64,000 nt of DNA from Desulfobacterales bacterium (GTDB lineage: Bacteria; Desulfobacterota; Desulfobacteria; Desulfobacterales; SpSt-501): assembly GCA_037481615.1 (NCBI GenBank), contig JBBFLI010000016.1. One strand, written 5' to 3'. The stretch's first letter is position 1. Every line of letters begins with the position of its first letter. The translations under genes were made by a program, and so were the position numbers. This document shows, piece by piece, positions 39,721-50,106 of this stretch. The notes under the pieces are model-generated. The model saw only the letters and a program-made list of their open reading frames with translations. It was not told the DNA's origin and did no database searches.

Positions 39721-40968
39721 TCAGGCGTTCATGGAATTCAGGAACTCGCGATTGTTGCGCGTCCCCTTCATTTTTTCAAGCAAAAATTCCATGCTGTCCA
39801 CCGTGTTGAGCGTGGTGAGGAGCTTTCGCAGGATCCAGACGCGGTTGAGGACGTCCTCGGGCAGCAGCAGTTCCTCTTTGCGCGTGCCGGAGCGCTTGAT
39901 GTCGATCGCGGGGAAGACCCGCTTGTCGGCGAGCTTGCGGTCGAGCTGGATCTCGGCGTTGCCGGTGCCCTTGAACTCCTCGAAGATCACCTCGTCCATC
40001 CGGCTCCCCGTGTCGATCAGCGCGGTGGCGATGATCGTGAGGCTGCCGCCTTCCTCGATGTTGCGGGCGGCGCCGAAGAAGCGCTTGGGGCGCTGCAGGG
40101 CGTTCGAGTCGACGCCGCCGGAGAGGATCTTGCCGCTCGGCGGGACGACCGCGTTGTGGGCCCGGGCGAGACGCGTGATGCTGTCGAGCAGGATGACCAC
40201 GTCCTTCTTGTGTTCGACCAGGCGTTTGGCCTTTTCGATCACCATCTCGGCCACCTGGACGTGGCGCTCGGCCGGCTCGTCGAAGGTCGAGCTGATGACC
40301 TCGGCGTCGACCGTGCGCTCCATGTCGGTCACCTCCTCGGGGCGCTCGTCGATCAGCAGCACGAAGGGCACGACGTCCTTGTGGCTCTTGATGATCGCGT
40401 TGGCGATCGCCTGCAGGAGCATGGTCTTTCCGGAACGCGGCGGGGAGACGATCAGGCAGCGCTGGCCGAAGCCGATGGGCACCATGAGGTCGAGGATCCG
40501 GGTGGAATAGTTTTCCGGATCGGTCTCGAGGTTCATCTTGCGCATCGGGTAGAGGGGCGTGAGGTTGTCGAAAAGGATCTTGTCCCGCGCCGCCTCGGGG
40601 TCCTCGTAGTTGATCGCTTCGACCTTGAGCAGGGCGAAGTAACGCTCGGAATCCTTCGGCTGCCGGATCTGCCCCGAAATCGTGTCCCCCGTTCTCAGGT
40701 TGAAACGGCGGATCTGGGAGGGCGAGACATAGATGTCATCCGGACCCGGGAGGTAGTTCGACGCCGGGGAGCGCAGGAACCCGAACCCGTCCGGCAGGAT
40801 CTCGAGGGTCCCCTCCCCGTAGATCATCCCGTTCTTCTCGATCTGCCCCTGCAGCAGGGCGAACATGAGCTCCTGCTTGCGCATGTTGGAGGCGCCCTCG
40901 ATGCCGAACTCCTTCGCCATCTGCATCAGTTCGTTGATCTTCTTCTGTTTCAGCTCTGCGATGTTCAT
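39721..40968 (-). CDS. rho: Transcription termination factor Rho
   Basis: 415 aa with the N-terminal [14 protein letters not shown], Walker A SPPRSGKT and typical RNA-binding motifs. Confidence 0.97.
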   Translation of the reverse strand: MNIAELKQKKINELMQMAKEFGIEGASNMRKQELMFALLQGQIEKNGMIYGEGTLEILPDGFGFLRSPASNYLPGPDDIYVSPSQIRRFNLRTGDTISGQIRQPKDSERYFALLKVEAINYEDPEAARDKILFDNLTPLYPMRKMNLETDPENYSTRILDLMVPIGFGQRCLIVSPPRSGKTMLLQAIANAIIKSHKDVVPFVLLIDERPEEVTDMERTVDAEVISSTFDEPAERHVQVAEMVIEKAKRLVEHKKDVVILLDSITRLARAHNAVVPPSGKILSGGVDSNALQRPKRFFGAARNIEEGGSLTIIATALIDTGSRMDEVIFEEFKGTGNAEIQLDRKLADKRVFPAIDIKRSGTRKEELLLPEDVLNRVWILRKLLTTLNTVDSMEFLLEKMKGTRNNREFLNSMNA

Positions 40969-41255
40969 TCCGCCGTTCCTCTTGCAAGCGTTTCTTCTCG
41001 GCCGCTGTCGGCCGCGACATTCCCGGCCGGTTTCTTCCCTCGGCGAAGCGCCCGCTGCGGCGCCGATTGCCTACGGCATCTCTCGGCCCCCGGTGCGCCC
41101 GGGAGTTCCCGAGGCGATGAAGCGCTGTCCGTCATCGGCTGGAAAACCAGCCGGGGAGGTTGTCCGCACGGTCGCGGAACCCTCTGAAGCATCGGGGCTG
41201 TCTCAACCGACGAACCTGACGCGGCGGCTGGCGGATAGGGTCTGGGTCGGTTGTA

Positions 41256-41354
41256 CAGGAGGATGATCGGATTTCAGAGGTAAAGCAATCAATCACCCAC
41301 AGGCGGGTTGCGCGCTCGTGGTGAATGTGAGAAGATTAATCGATCATCCTCCTG
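41256..41354. repeat. Perfect 14-bp inverted repeat CAGGAGGATGATCG/CGATCATCCTCCTG separated by 71 nt, in the rho-cca intergenic region
   Basis: Arms at 41256-41269 and 41341-41354, read directly. Three further pairs (ATT/AAT) follow after a 1-nt bulge. The interior is locally AT-rich and holds a second small stem (CACCCAC...GTGGTG). Confidence 0.7.
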
Positions 41355-41469
41355 CTGTCAAGCACATTTCCGCGCCCCGCCGCTCGCCGCCGGCGGCGAA
41401 AAAAACTCGCGGCACCTCGGGGCCCGGCGGCGCCCCGCATGGACGGATCCCCAGCGGCACGAAATCGCA

Positions 41470-43535
<2,066 letters not shown>

Positions 43536-43590
43536 TCAAGTCAAGCGGCCCGCCCGGCTCGCAGGCACGCGGGGGGGAATGAAATTTCGC

Positions 43591-43619
43591 TTGTCAATCC
43601 GTGGTTCATCGTCTATAAG
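43591..43619 (+). promoter_or_regulatory. Candidate sigma-70 promoter for rpsU (TTGTCA-N17-TATAAG)
   Basis: Hexamers at 43591-43596 and 43614-43619, about 70 nt upstream of the start. Confidence 0.4.
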
Positions 43620-43688
43620 AGACAGACCCATGACTTCGATGGCGATTATCCGCCGTCCGACCCGGGGCGCGGGGCGGGCGGCGGCACG

Positions 43689-43910
43689 ATGGGGGGGATA
43701 CGGTTGAAGGAGATCGAGGTTCGCGTCGTCGACAACGACGTCGAAAAGGCCATCCGTCTGCTGAAGAAGAAGATCCAGAACGACGGCCTGTTCAAGCGCC
43801 TGAAGCTCAAGAAGAGCTATGAGAAACCGAGCGAGTTCCGCCGCCGCAAGAAGCGCGAAGCCAAGCGGCGCGAGCGCATCGCCGCGGCCCGGGCCGCCCG
43901 CAGGCGCTGA
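43689..43910 (+). CDS. rpsU: 30S ribosomal protein S21
   Basis: C-terminal tail of ORF 41439..43910: MGGIRLKEIEVRVVDNDVEKAIRLLKKKIQNDGLFKRLKLKKSYEKPSEFRRRKKREAKRR... The start could instead be the TTG at 43703. Confidence 0.85.
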   Translation: MGGIRLKEIEVRVVDNDVEKAIRLLKKKIQNDGLFKRLKLKKSYEKPSEFRRRKKREAKRRERIAAARAARRR

Positions 43911-43933
43911 CCCCCCGCAGAACCCTCTGCCGA

Positions 43934-43960
43934 CCCGGTGGCGACCCCACCGGGTTTTTT
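43934..43960 (+). terminator. Intrinsic terminator after rpsU
   Basis: Stem CCCGGTGG/CCACCGGG with a 5-nt loop followed by TTTTTT. It argues that folC starts at the ATG at 43962 rather than the GTG at 43938. Confidence 0.8.
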
Positions 43961-43961
43961 C

Positions 43962-45266
43962 ATGCCCATGCCCACCCCCCGCGATCTCGATCGCTGCCTG
44001 AACCACCTCTTCGGGCTGCGCCGCTTCGGCATCCGGCTCGGCCTGGCGACGATCCGCCGCATGCTCGCGCAGCTGGGCGATCCCCAGCGAAGCTACGCCG
44101 CCGTTCACATTGCAGGCACAAACGGCAAGGGCTCGGTGGCCGCCGGCATCGCTTCGGTCCTGCAGCAATCGGGCTACCGCGTGGGGCTTTACACCTCGCC
44201 GCACCTGGTCCGCTTCAACGAGCGCATCCAGGTGGACGGCCGGCCGATCGGCGACGGGGAAATCCTGACCCTTTATCGCCGGGTGCGGCGCACGCTGTCC
44301 GCGCTCGACCGCGAGCCGACCTTCTTTGAATTTGCGACCGCCATGGCCTTCGAGGCCTTCGCCCGCGGCGGCGTGGAATGGGCCGTCATCGAAACGGGCA
44401 TGGGCGGGCGCATGGACGCCACCAACGTGATCGTGCCCTGCCTGTCGGTCATCACCAACGTCTCGCTCGAGCACCGCGAGTACCTCGGCCCTACGATCGC
44501 ACGCATCGCCTTCGAGAAAGCGGGCATCGTCAAGCGACGCCGGCCGGTCGTGACCGGCGTCCGGCAGCCCTCGGCCCTCGGCGTCCTCGAGGAGATCGCC
44601 TCCCGGCGCTCGGCGCCCGTCTACCGATCCGGCCGGGACTTCATCGTGCGAAAAACCGCCGACGGCCTTTTCGACTATCGCGGGATCCGCCTCCGCCTCG
44701 AGGGCCTGCGAACCGCCCTCGCCGGGGAACACCAGCGGGCCAACGCCGGGCTCGTGCTCGCCGCCGGCGAACTGCTCGCGCCCCGGGCGCCGCGCATCAC
44801 CGAGCGCAGCCTCCGCGAGGGGCTTGCGGCGACCCGCTGGCCGGGGAGGCTCGAGGCCGTGCGCGAGCGGCCGCTCGTCCTCCTCGACGGGGCCCACAAC
44901 CTGGACGCCAGCCGCGCGCTGGCCCGCCATGTGAGGGAGCGCTACGCCGGCCGCCCGATCACGCTCGTCGTGGGCATTCTCGACGACAAGCCCTACCGGG
45001 CCATGCTGCGGCACCTTGCGCCGCTCGCCGCGCGGGTGATCGCGACCCAGGCGACGACTCCGCGCGCTCTCCCCGCCGCGAAAATCGCCGCGGCGGCTTC
45101 GCGCTTCTGCCCGCGGGTCGAGGCGCACCCGACGGTCGCCCGGGCCCTGGAGGAGGCCCTGCGCACCGTCCCCGAGCAGGGGGTCGTGCTCGTCGCCGGC
45201 TCGCTCTACGTCGTGGGCGAGGCCAAGGCCGCTCTCGAGGGCGGCCTCGCCGTCCAGCCCGGCTGA
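43962..45266 (+). CDS. folC: Bifunctional folylpolyglutamate synthase/dihydrofolate synthase
   Basis: Mur-ligase P-loop HIAGTNGKGSV. The start was moved to MPMPTPRDL, downstream of the rpsU terminator. Confidence 0.9.
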   Translation: MPMPTPRDLDRCLNHLFGLRRFGIRLGLATIRRMLAQLGDPQRSYAAVHIAGTNGKGSVAAGIASVLQQSGYRVGLYTSPHLVRFNERIQVDGRPIGDGEILTLYRRVRRTLSALDREPTFFEFATAMAFEAFARGGVEWAVIETGMGGRMDATNVIVPCLSVITNVSLEHREYLGPTIARIAFEKAGIVKRRRPVVTGVRQPSALGVLEEIASRRSAPVYRSGRDFIVRKTADGLFDYRGIRLRLEGLRTALAGEHQRANAGLVLAAGELLAPRAPRITERSLREGLAATRWPGRLEAVRERPLVLLDGAHNLDASRALARHVRERYAGRPITLVVGILDDKPYRAMLRHLAPLAARVIATQATTPRALPAAKIAAAASRFCPRVEAHPTVARALEEALRTVPEQGVVLVAGSLYVVGEAKAALEGGLAVQPG

Positions 45267-45358
45267 GGACCTGCGCCGGATCCGCCCGACCCCCCGCTTG
45301 ACTCGTTTCGACCGCTCGTATAGGATCCCGCCGTTTTCCAGAGATCTCTTCCGCCTTC

Positions 45359-45434
45359 GCGCCCGTAGCTCAGGGGATAGAGCGTCAGCCTCCGGAGCTG
45401 AAAGCCGCTGGTTCAAGTCCAGCCGGGCGCACCA
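45359..45434 (+). tRNA. tRNA-Arg (anticodon CCG), CCA encoded
   Basis: GCGCCCGTAGCTCAGGGGATAGAGCGTCAGCCT-CCG-GAGCTGAAAGCCGCTGGTTCAAGTCCAGCCGGGCGCACCA. The cloverleaf stems pair. Confidence 0.92.
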
Positions 45435-45442
45435 CGCACGCA

Positions 45443-45474
45443 AGGACTCAGGCGGCGCCTGAGTCCTTTTTTTT
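45443..45474 (+). terminator. Intrinsic terminator after tRNA-Arg
   Basis: 11-bp stem AGGACTCAGGC/GCCTGAGTCCT with a 3-nt loop, followed by eight T. Confidence 0.85.
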
Positions 45475-45932
45475 CATCCCCGCCGGTATCGGGTGCGCCG
45501 GTTTCCCCGATCCCCGAAAGCGGTCTCGGCGAAAGGGCTTCTTCTCCTCTCCCGTCGCCGTCGCGGGGCACCCCGCCTCGAGTGCCGGCGCGACACCCGC
45601 AAAGAGGCTGTCACTCGTCCCGCCCCCGGGCGGAGGCGCCCTCGATCGGCATCGGCGTCTCCGCGTGGCGCACGAAAATTCTCCCGCAGAAAATCCACCC
45701 CGTGAGCCGTCCACGCCCGGGTCCACAGGCTTCGTGCGCAGGCGGAGCATCCCGCACCCTGATCGCGACAAGGCAAGGCCCCCGGCATCCAGGGAGACTA
45801 AATCCCCTCTGCCCGCCGGGCCGTTGATCCTGCAAGATCGAAGAAGACGCCCTCGATATCGCCGCCCAGGAAACTCTCCGCGGTGATCATCCGGTTGCGG
45901 CGCCCCCCCGAGCTTTGCCGGAAATCCCCGCA

Positions 45933-45944
45933 CCCCCCCCCCCC
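45933..45944. repeat. Homopolymeric C12 (G12) tract in uncodable DNA
   Basis: Counted directly: 12 consecutive C at 45933-45944. A second C7 run lies at 45903-45909. Confidence 0.9.
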
Positions 45945-46212
45945 GGGATCTCTCGCACAGCGCGCGGTTTCCGAGCATCAAGTGATCGAACACGCAAGGC
46001 GGCTTCTCCGCCGTCTCGAAGGCCGCTCGCGGGTCCCGGGGGCGGGATGCGCCCTCCTTTTGCCGTCGCCGATTCGGCGAACCCTCTGCAACGAAAATCC
46101 TGCCGCAGGGGAGGCCCGGAGATTCCGTTTGCGATCCCCCCGCCGCATGGAGTCCTTTGCCGGGCGGGCTTTCTCACCCGGCGGATCTCGTTGCGGGCGG
46201 TCCCCGGGCGAT

Positions 46213-47115
46213 TCAAGCGTCGCCGCGGGGGAGCCCGCTGAGAACGGCGCGGCTCGCCTCCATTTCGGCGGCGATGAAGTCGATCGTCGCCCGGACGCGG
46301 GCGATCCGCCGGGACTCCGGGTGGTACTGGATCCAGAAGGTCCGCTCGAAGCTCAATTCCGGCAGGAGGTTCACGAGCGCAGGCTCGGCGTGTGCCATGA
46401 AATAGGGCAGGATGCCGACCCCGTTGTCGGAGAGGATCGCGTTCATCTGGCCGATGATGGTGGAACTGCGGAACCGGGGGCGCAGGCCGGGCAGGATTTC
46501 GTCCAAGAAGTGCAGCTCCTCGTCGTAGAGGAGATCCTCGATGTAGCCGATCAGGCGATGCCCGCGAAGATCCTCGCGGCTGCGGATCGGGGGATGCCCC
46601 AGCAGGTAGGTTTTCGTGGCGAAAAGCCCGAAACGGTAGCTCGGCAGCTTCCGGGCGATGATCTGCCCGCCCGCCGGTTTGCGGATGGTGACCAGCAGGT
46701 CGATCTCCCGGCGGGCGAGGCTGTAGTACATGGGAACGGCCACCAGCTCGATCTCCAGCTCCGGGTGCAGGCGCTGGAATCTCCCCAGCCGGGGGGCGAG
46801 GAAGCAATTGCCGAAGCCGTCCGGCGCGCCGATGCGAACGGCCCCGGAGAGCGTCTTGTCCCTGCCGGAGACCTCCTCTTCGAGAGAGGCGATGGTCGAT
46901 TCGAGCTGCTCCGCGTAAGGCAGCAGCTTCTCCCCCGCCGGCGTGAGTCGGCAGCCTTTCTCCGTGCGATGGAAGAGTTGCGTCTGCAACGCCGCCTCCA
47001 GGGCCGCCAGGCGCCGGGAGACCGTACTGTGGGTCACCCGGAGCTCGGAGGCGGCGGCGAGGAAGGATCGCTTCCGGGAGAGCACGATGAAAAAGCGGAG
47101 ATCATCCCAGTTCAT
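46213..47115 (-). CDS. LysR-family transcriptional regulator
   Basis: Start at MNWDDLRFFIVLSRKRSFLAAASELRVTHSTVSRRLAALE (the typical LysR wHTH; CAT at 47113-47115), with a LysR substrate-binding domain. Confidence 0.85.
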   Translation of the reverse strand: MNWDDLRFFIVLSRKRSFLAAASELRVTHSTVSRRLAALEAALQTQLFHRTEKGCRLTPAGEKLLPYAEQLESTIASLEEEVSGRDKTLSGAVRIGAPDGFGNCFLAPRLGRFQRLHPELEIELVAVPMYYSLARREIDLLVTIRKPAGGQIIARKLPSYRFGLFATKTYLLGHPPIRSREDLRGHRLIGYIEDLLYDEELHFLDEILPGLRPRFRSSTIIGQMNAILSDNGVGILPYFMAHAEPALVNLLPELSFERTFWIQYHPESRRIARVRATIDFIAAEMEASRAVLSGLPRGDA

Positions 47116-47277
47116 CCTCAGGATCGCTCCCCTCGCCGTGCGCTTCGGGCCGTTTCCAGATGTCGATTTATGCACAGCTGATTCTTTTTTTTTGCCGTAG
47201 ACTGCTCAATCCCGGTTACCCATAATAGGAGCGGGATCAACCTGTCAACCCATGGAAAACTCTTCTGGAGGTGCGCG

Positions 47278-47508
47278 ATGAAAGAGCATTCTCGGATCCT
47301 GCCGGTTACGGAGGGGCTGCTGGACCGATGGGCGCTGATGGAGGAGGGGCGGAAGCTGCACGACAAGGCCGTCTTTGAATTGTTCGCCGAAATGTTCGCC
47401 CGCACTTTCGCCCGGCTGGGCTTGGCGGGGGGGGGGAAGAAGGAACGGCGGACGAAGACACGGCCTCCGGCGTTGACGCCTTCGCTCGCGCCCCATCGCG
47501 CACATTAA
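47278..47508 (+). CDS. Small hypothetical protein (76 aa)
   Basis: ATG preceded by GGAGG at a 7-nt spacing. Third codon positions are G/C-rich in the first two thirds. No recognisable family, and the C-terminal part is low complexity. Confidence 0.35.
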   Translation: MKEHSRILPVTEGLLDRWALMEEGRKLHDKAVFELFAEMFARTFARLGLAGGGKKERRTKTRPPALTPSLAPHRAH

Positions 47509-48025
47509 GCCGGCGGGCCGTGCATCCGATTTTGTAACGGGGGCGCCGGATCGGTCGGGCCGCCCCAGCCGGCGATGCGGCGCCAAGGGCCTCGAACGGC
47601 CGCCCGCCGTACCGCCGCGGAAAACCCGGTCGCGCCAGGCCGGTGGGCGGCTTCTGCCGCTCCGCTCCCCTGCCGCACTTTCAGGCGTGACGAGCGGTCG
47701 ACCCCCGCCCCCCCCTGCGCGAGGCCCGCCTCGGCGTTCGAGTCCCTGCCGGCTGCCCGACGGCCGGCCGGGACTCCGCGGGGTTACCGCGCCTGCCCCC
47801 TTTTCCCGCCCCGAACGCCCCCTCAGCCCTGGGGCATTTCGCAGACAGAAAGCCTGTTCCGTTGCCCGCCTGAGACATCGATTTGAAACACCGCATCGGC
47901 CCCTCCCCCCCGATCCGCGCAGAGGCCAATTTCCAGTTGAAAGCGTCGGTCAAGGGTGATAAGCGGATCTTCTTTATCCGCGCATCGACCCGCGATCAGG
48001 AATCCTTCCGCAGGAGGGGCAGGGA

Positions 48026-49573
48026 ATGGCCGCAGAGAAGATCCAGGAACTCATGGCCCGGCGCAGCGCGATTCTCGCCGGCGGCGGTGAGAAGGCCGTG
48101 GCGAAACAGCACGACTCCGGAAAGCTCACGGCGCGGGAGCGCATCGCGCTTTTGCTCGACCCGGAGAGCTTCGTCGAACTCGACGCCTTCGTCCGGCACC
48201 GCTGCAGCGAATTCGGCATGGAAAAGACCGAAATCCCGGCCGAGGGGGTCGTGACCGGCTACGGCACGATCGACGGCCGGACGGTCTTCGTCTACGCTCA
48301 AGATTTCACGGTGCTGGGCGGCTCCCTGGGCGAGATGCACGCCAAGAAGATCTGCAAGGTGCTCGACCTGGCGCTCAAGACCGGCGCCCCGGTCGTGGGC
48401 CTCAACGACTCCGGCGGCGCGCGCATCCAGGAAGGGGTCGACGCCCTCTCCGGCTACGGGCAGATCTTCTTCCGCAACACCCGCGCCTCCGGGGTGATCC
48501 CGCAGATCGCGGCGATCATGGGGCCGAGCGCCGGGGGGGCGGTCTACTCGCCGGCGCTCATGGACTTCACCTTCATGGTCGACCGCACGAGCCAGATGTT
48601 CATCACCGGCCCCCAGGTGATCAAGGCCGTGACCGGCGAGGAAGTCTCGGCCGAGGAACTCGGCGGCGCCATGACCCACAACCGCACGAGCGGCGTGGCC
48701 CACTTTTTCGCCCGCGACGACCGCAGCTGCCTGGCCGACATCCGGCGGCTGCTCGGCTACCTCCCCTCGAACAACCTCGAGTCCGCGCCCCGCCTCGAGC
48801 CCACCGACGATCCCGAGCGGCGCGACGAGGGGCTGAACACGATCCTTCCGGCCTCGCCGAACCGCTCCTACGACATGCGCAAGGTCATCCGCGCGCTGGT
48901 CGACCACGGCGAATTCTTCGAAGTCCACCAGCACTACGCGGCCAACATCATCGTCTGTTTCGCCCGCCTGAACGGCCGCAGCATCGGCATCATCGCCAAC
49001 CAGCCCGCCCACCTCGCGGGCTGCCTCGACATCAACGCCTCGGACAAGGCCGCGCGCTTCATCCGCACCTGCGACGCCTTCGGCCTCCCGCTGCTCAATC
49101 TCGTCGACGTCCCGGGCTTTCTCCCCGGCACCCACCAGGAATACGGCGGGATCATCCGCCACGGGGCGAAGATGCTCTATGCCTACTCCGAGGCGACGGT
49201 GCCCAAGGTGACCCTGATCCTGCGCAAGGCTTACGGCGGCGCCTATCTTGCGATGTGCAGCCGGGATCTCGGCGCCGACATCGTCTACGCCTGGCCGACG
49301 GCCGAAATCGCCGTCATGGGTCCGGAGGGTGCGGCGAACATCATCTTCCGCCGCGAGATCGCCGCGGCGGCCGACCCGGAGGCCGCGCGCAACGAAAGGA
49401 TCGCCGAGTACCGGGATCGCTTCGCCACCCCTTACATCGCCGCGGCCCGCGGGTACGTCGACGACGTCCTCGAACCCGCCGCCTCACGCCGCGCCCTCAT
49501 CCGCGCCTTCGAGGCCCTGCAGGGCAAGCGGGACGTGCTTCCGCCGAAGAAGCACGGCAACCTTCCGGTGTAG
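48026..49573 (+). CDS. mmdA: Acyl-CoA carboxyltransferase, methylmalonyl-CoA decarboxylase alpha subunit type (PccB/MmdA family)
   Basis: 515 aa, MAAEKIQELMARRSAILAGGGEKAVAKQHDSGKLTARERI... This is close to MmdA/PccB N-termini. The decarboxylase call rests on the OadG and OadB homologs that follow. Confidence 0.8.
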   Translation: MAAEKIQELMARRSAILAGGGEKAVAKQHDSGKLTARERIALLLDPESFVELDAFVRHRCSEFGMEKTEIPAEGVVTGYGTIDGRTVFVYAQDFTVLGGSLGEMHAKKICKVLDLALKTGAPVVGLNDSGGARIQEGVDALSGYGQIFFRNTRASGVIPQIAAIMGPSAGGAVYSPALMDFTFMVDRTSQMFITGPQVIKAVTGEEVSAEELGGAMTHNRTSGVAHFFARDDRSCLADIRRLLGYLPSNNLESAPRLEPTDDPERRDEGLNTILPASPNRSYDMRKVIRALVDHGEFFEVHQHYAANIIVCFARLNGRSIGIIANQPAHLAGCLDINASDKAARFIRTCDAFGLPLLNLVDVPGFLPGTHQEYGGIIRHGAKMLYAYSEATVPKVTLILRKAYGGAYLAMCSRDLGADIVYAWPTAEIAVMGPEGAANIIFRREIAAAADPEAARNERIAEYRDRFATPYIAAARGYVDDVLEPAASRRALIRAFEALQGKRDVLPPKKHGNLPV

Positions 49574-49588
49574 AGGGGAGGGCCGCCG

Positions 49589-50041
49589 ATGGACACCTGG
49601 GAAAAGCTTGATCTCGGCCTCGTCCTGACGGTTCTCGGGATGGGGATCGTGTTTCTGGTCCTCATCTTTCTCACCCAGCTGATCGGTCTCTTCGAACGTT
49701 TCTTCGGAGCCCGGCAAGGCCCGACAGGCCCGAAGGCCGAGGAGAAAAGAGCGGCCCCGCCGGCCGCAGCGGGGGAAAGCAAGGTTTCCACCCCCAAGCC
49801 TTCACCGGAGCCGGCCGCCGCCGCACCCGCCCCCCAGACCGCCCCCCGGGCCCCGCAGCCTGCGGCCGCCGCCGCACCCGCCGTGCGGCCGGCCGTCGTC
49901 GCTGCAGTGATGGCCGCGGTTTCGGCCTACCTCCAGTCGGAGGCCCTATCCCTCGTGCCGCCCGTGCGGCGGCTGCCCGACGATCTCTCTTTCTGGGGCC
50001 GCGCCGCCCGCCTGGAGCAGATGATGTCGCGCCGGCTCTGA
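49589..50041 (+). CDS. OadG-family small subunit of a Na+-translocating decarboxylase (MmdD/OadG-like)
   Basis: 150 aa with an N-terminal TM helix LGLVLTVLGMGIVFLVLIFL, a long Ala/Pro linker and the C-terminal AVVAAVMAAVSAYL motif. Confidence 0.75.
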   Translation: MDTWEKLDLGLVLTVLGMGIVFLVLIFLTQLIGLFERFFGARQGPTGPKAEEKRAAPPAAAGESKVSTPKPSPEPAAAAPAPQTAPRAPQPAAAAAPAVRPAVVAAVMAAVSAYLQSEALSLVPPVRRLPDDLSFWGRAARLEQMMSRRL

Positions 50042-50106
50042 GCCGGGGGTCGAAAACGGCGCCGCCCCCGCGCGGAATGCCGGAGGCCGAACAAGGAGAC
50101 CGCGGC

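Noticed and set aside
41256-41354. Mini-ORFs directly after the AGGAGG of each inverted-repeat arm: ATG-ATC-GGA-TTT-CAG-AGG-TAA on the plus strand and ATG-ATC-GAT-TAA on the minus strand.
   Set aside because: The ATG abuts the SD with zero spacing, which is incompatible with normal initiation. These are probably a by-product of the palindrome.
45359-47200. Genomic island integrated at tRNA-Arg.
   Set aside because: There is no integrase, no direct repeat of the tRNA 3' end downstream, and no compositional shift that I could see. Only decayed, uncodable DNA and a LysR gene follow the tRNA.
47731-47750. tRNA-like T-arm string GCGTTCGAGTCCC suggesting a tRNA or att remnant.
   Set aside because: The flanking bases do not form a T-stem (CGGCG versus CCCTG) or an acceptor stem. 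The string also does not match the 3' end of the nearby tRNA-Arg.
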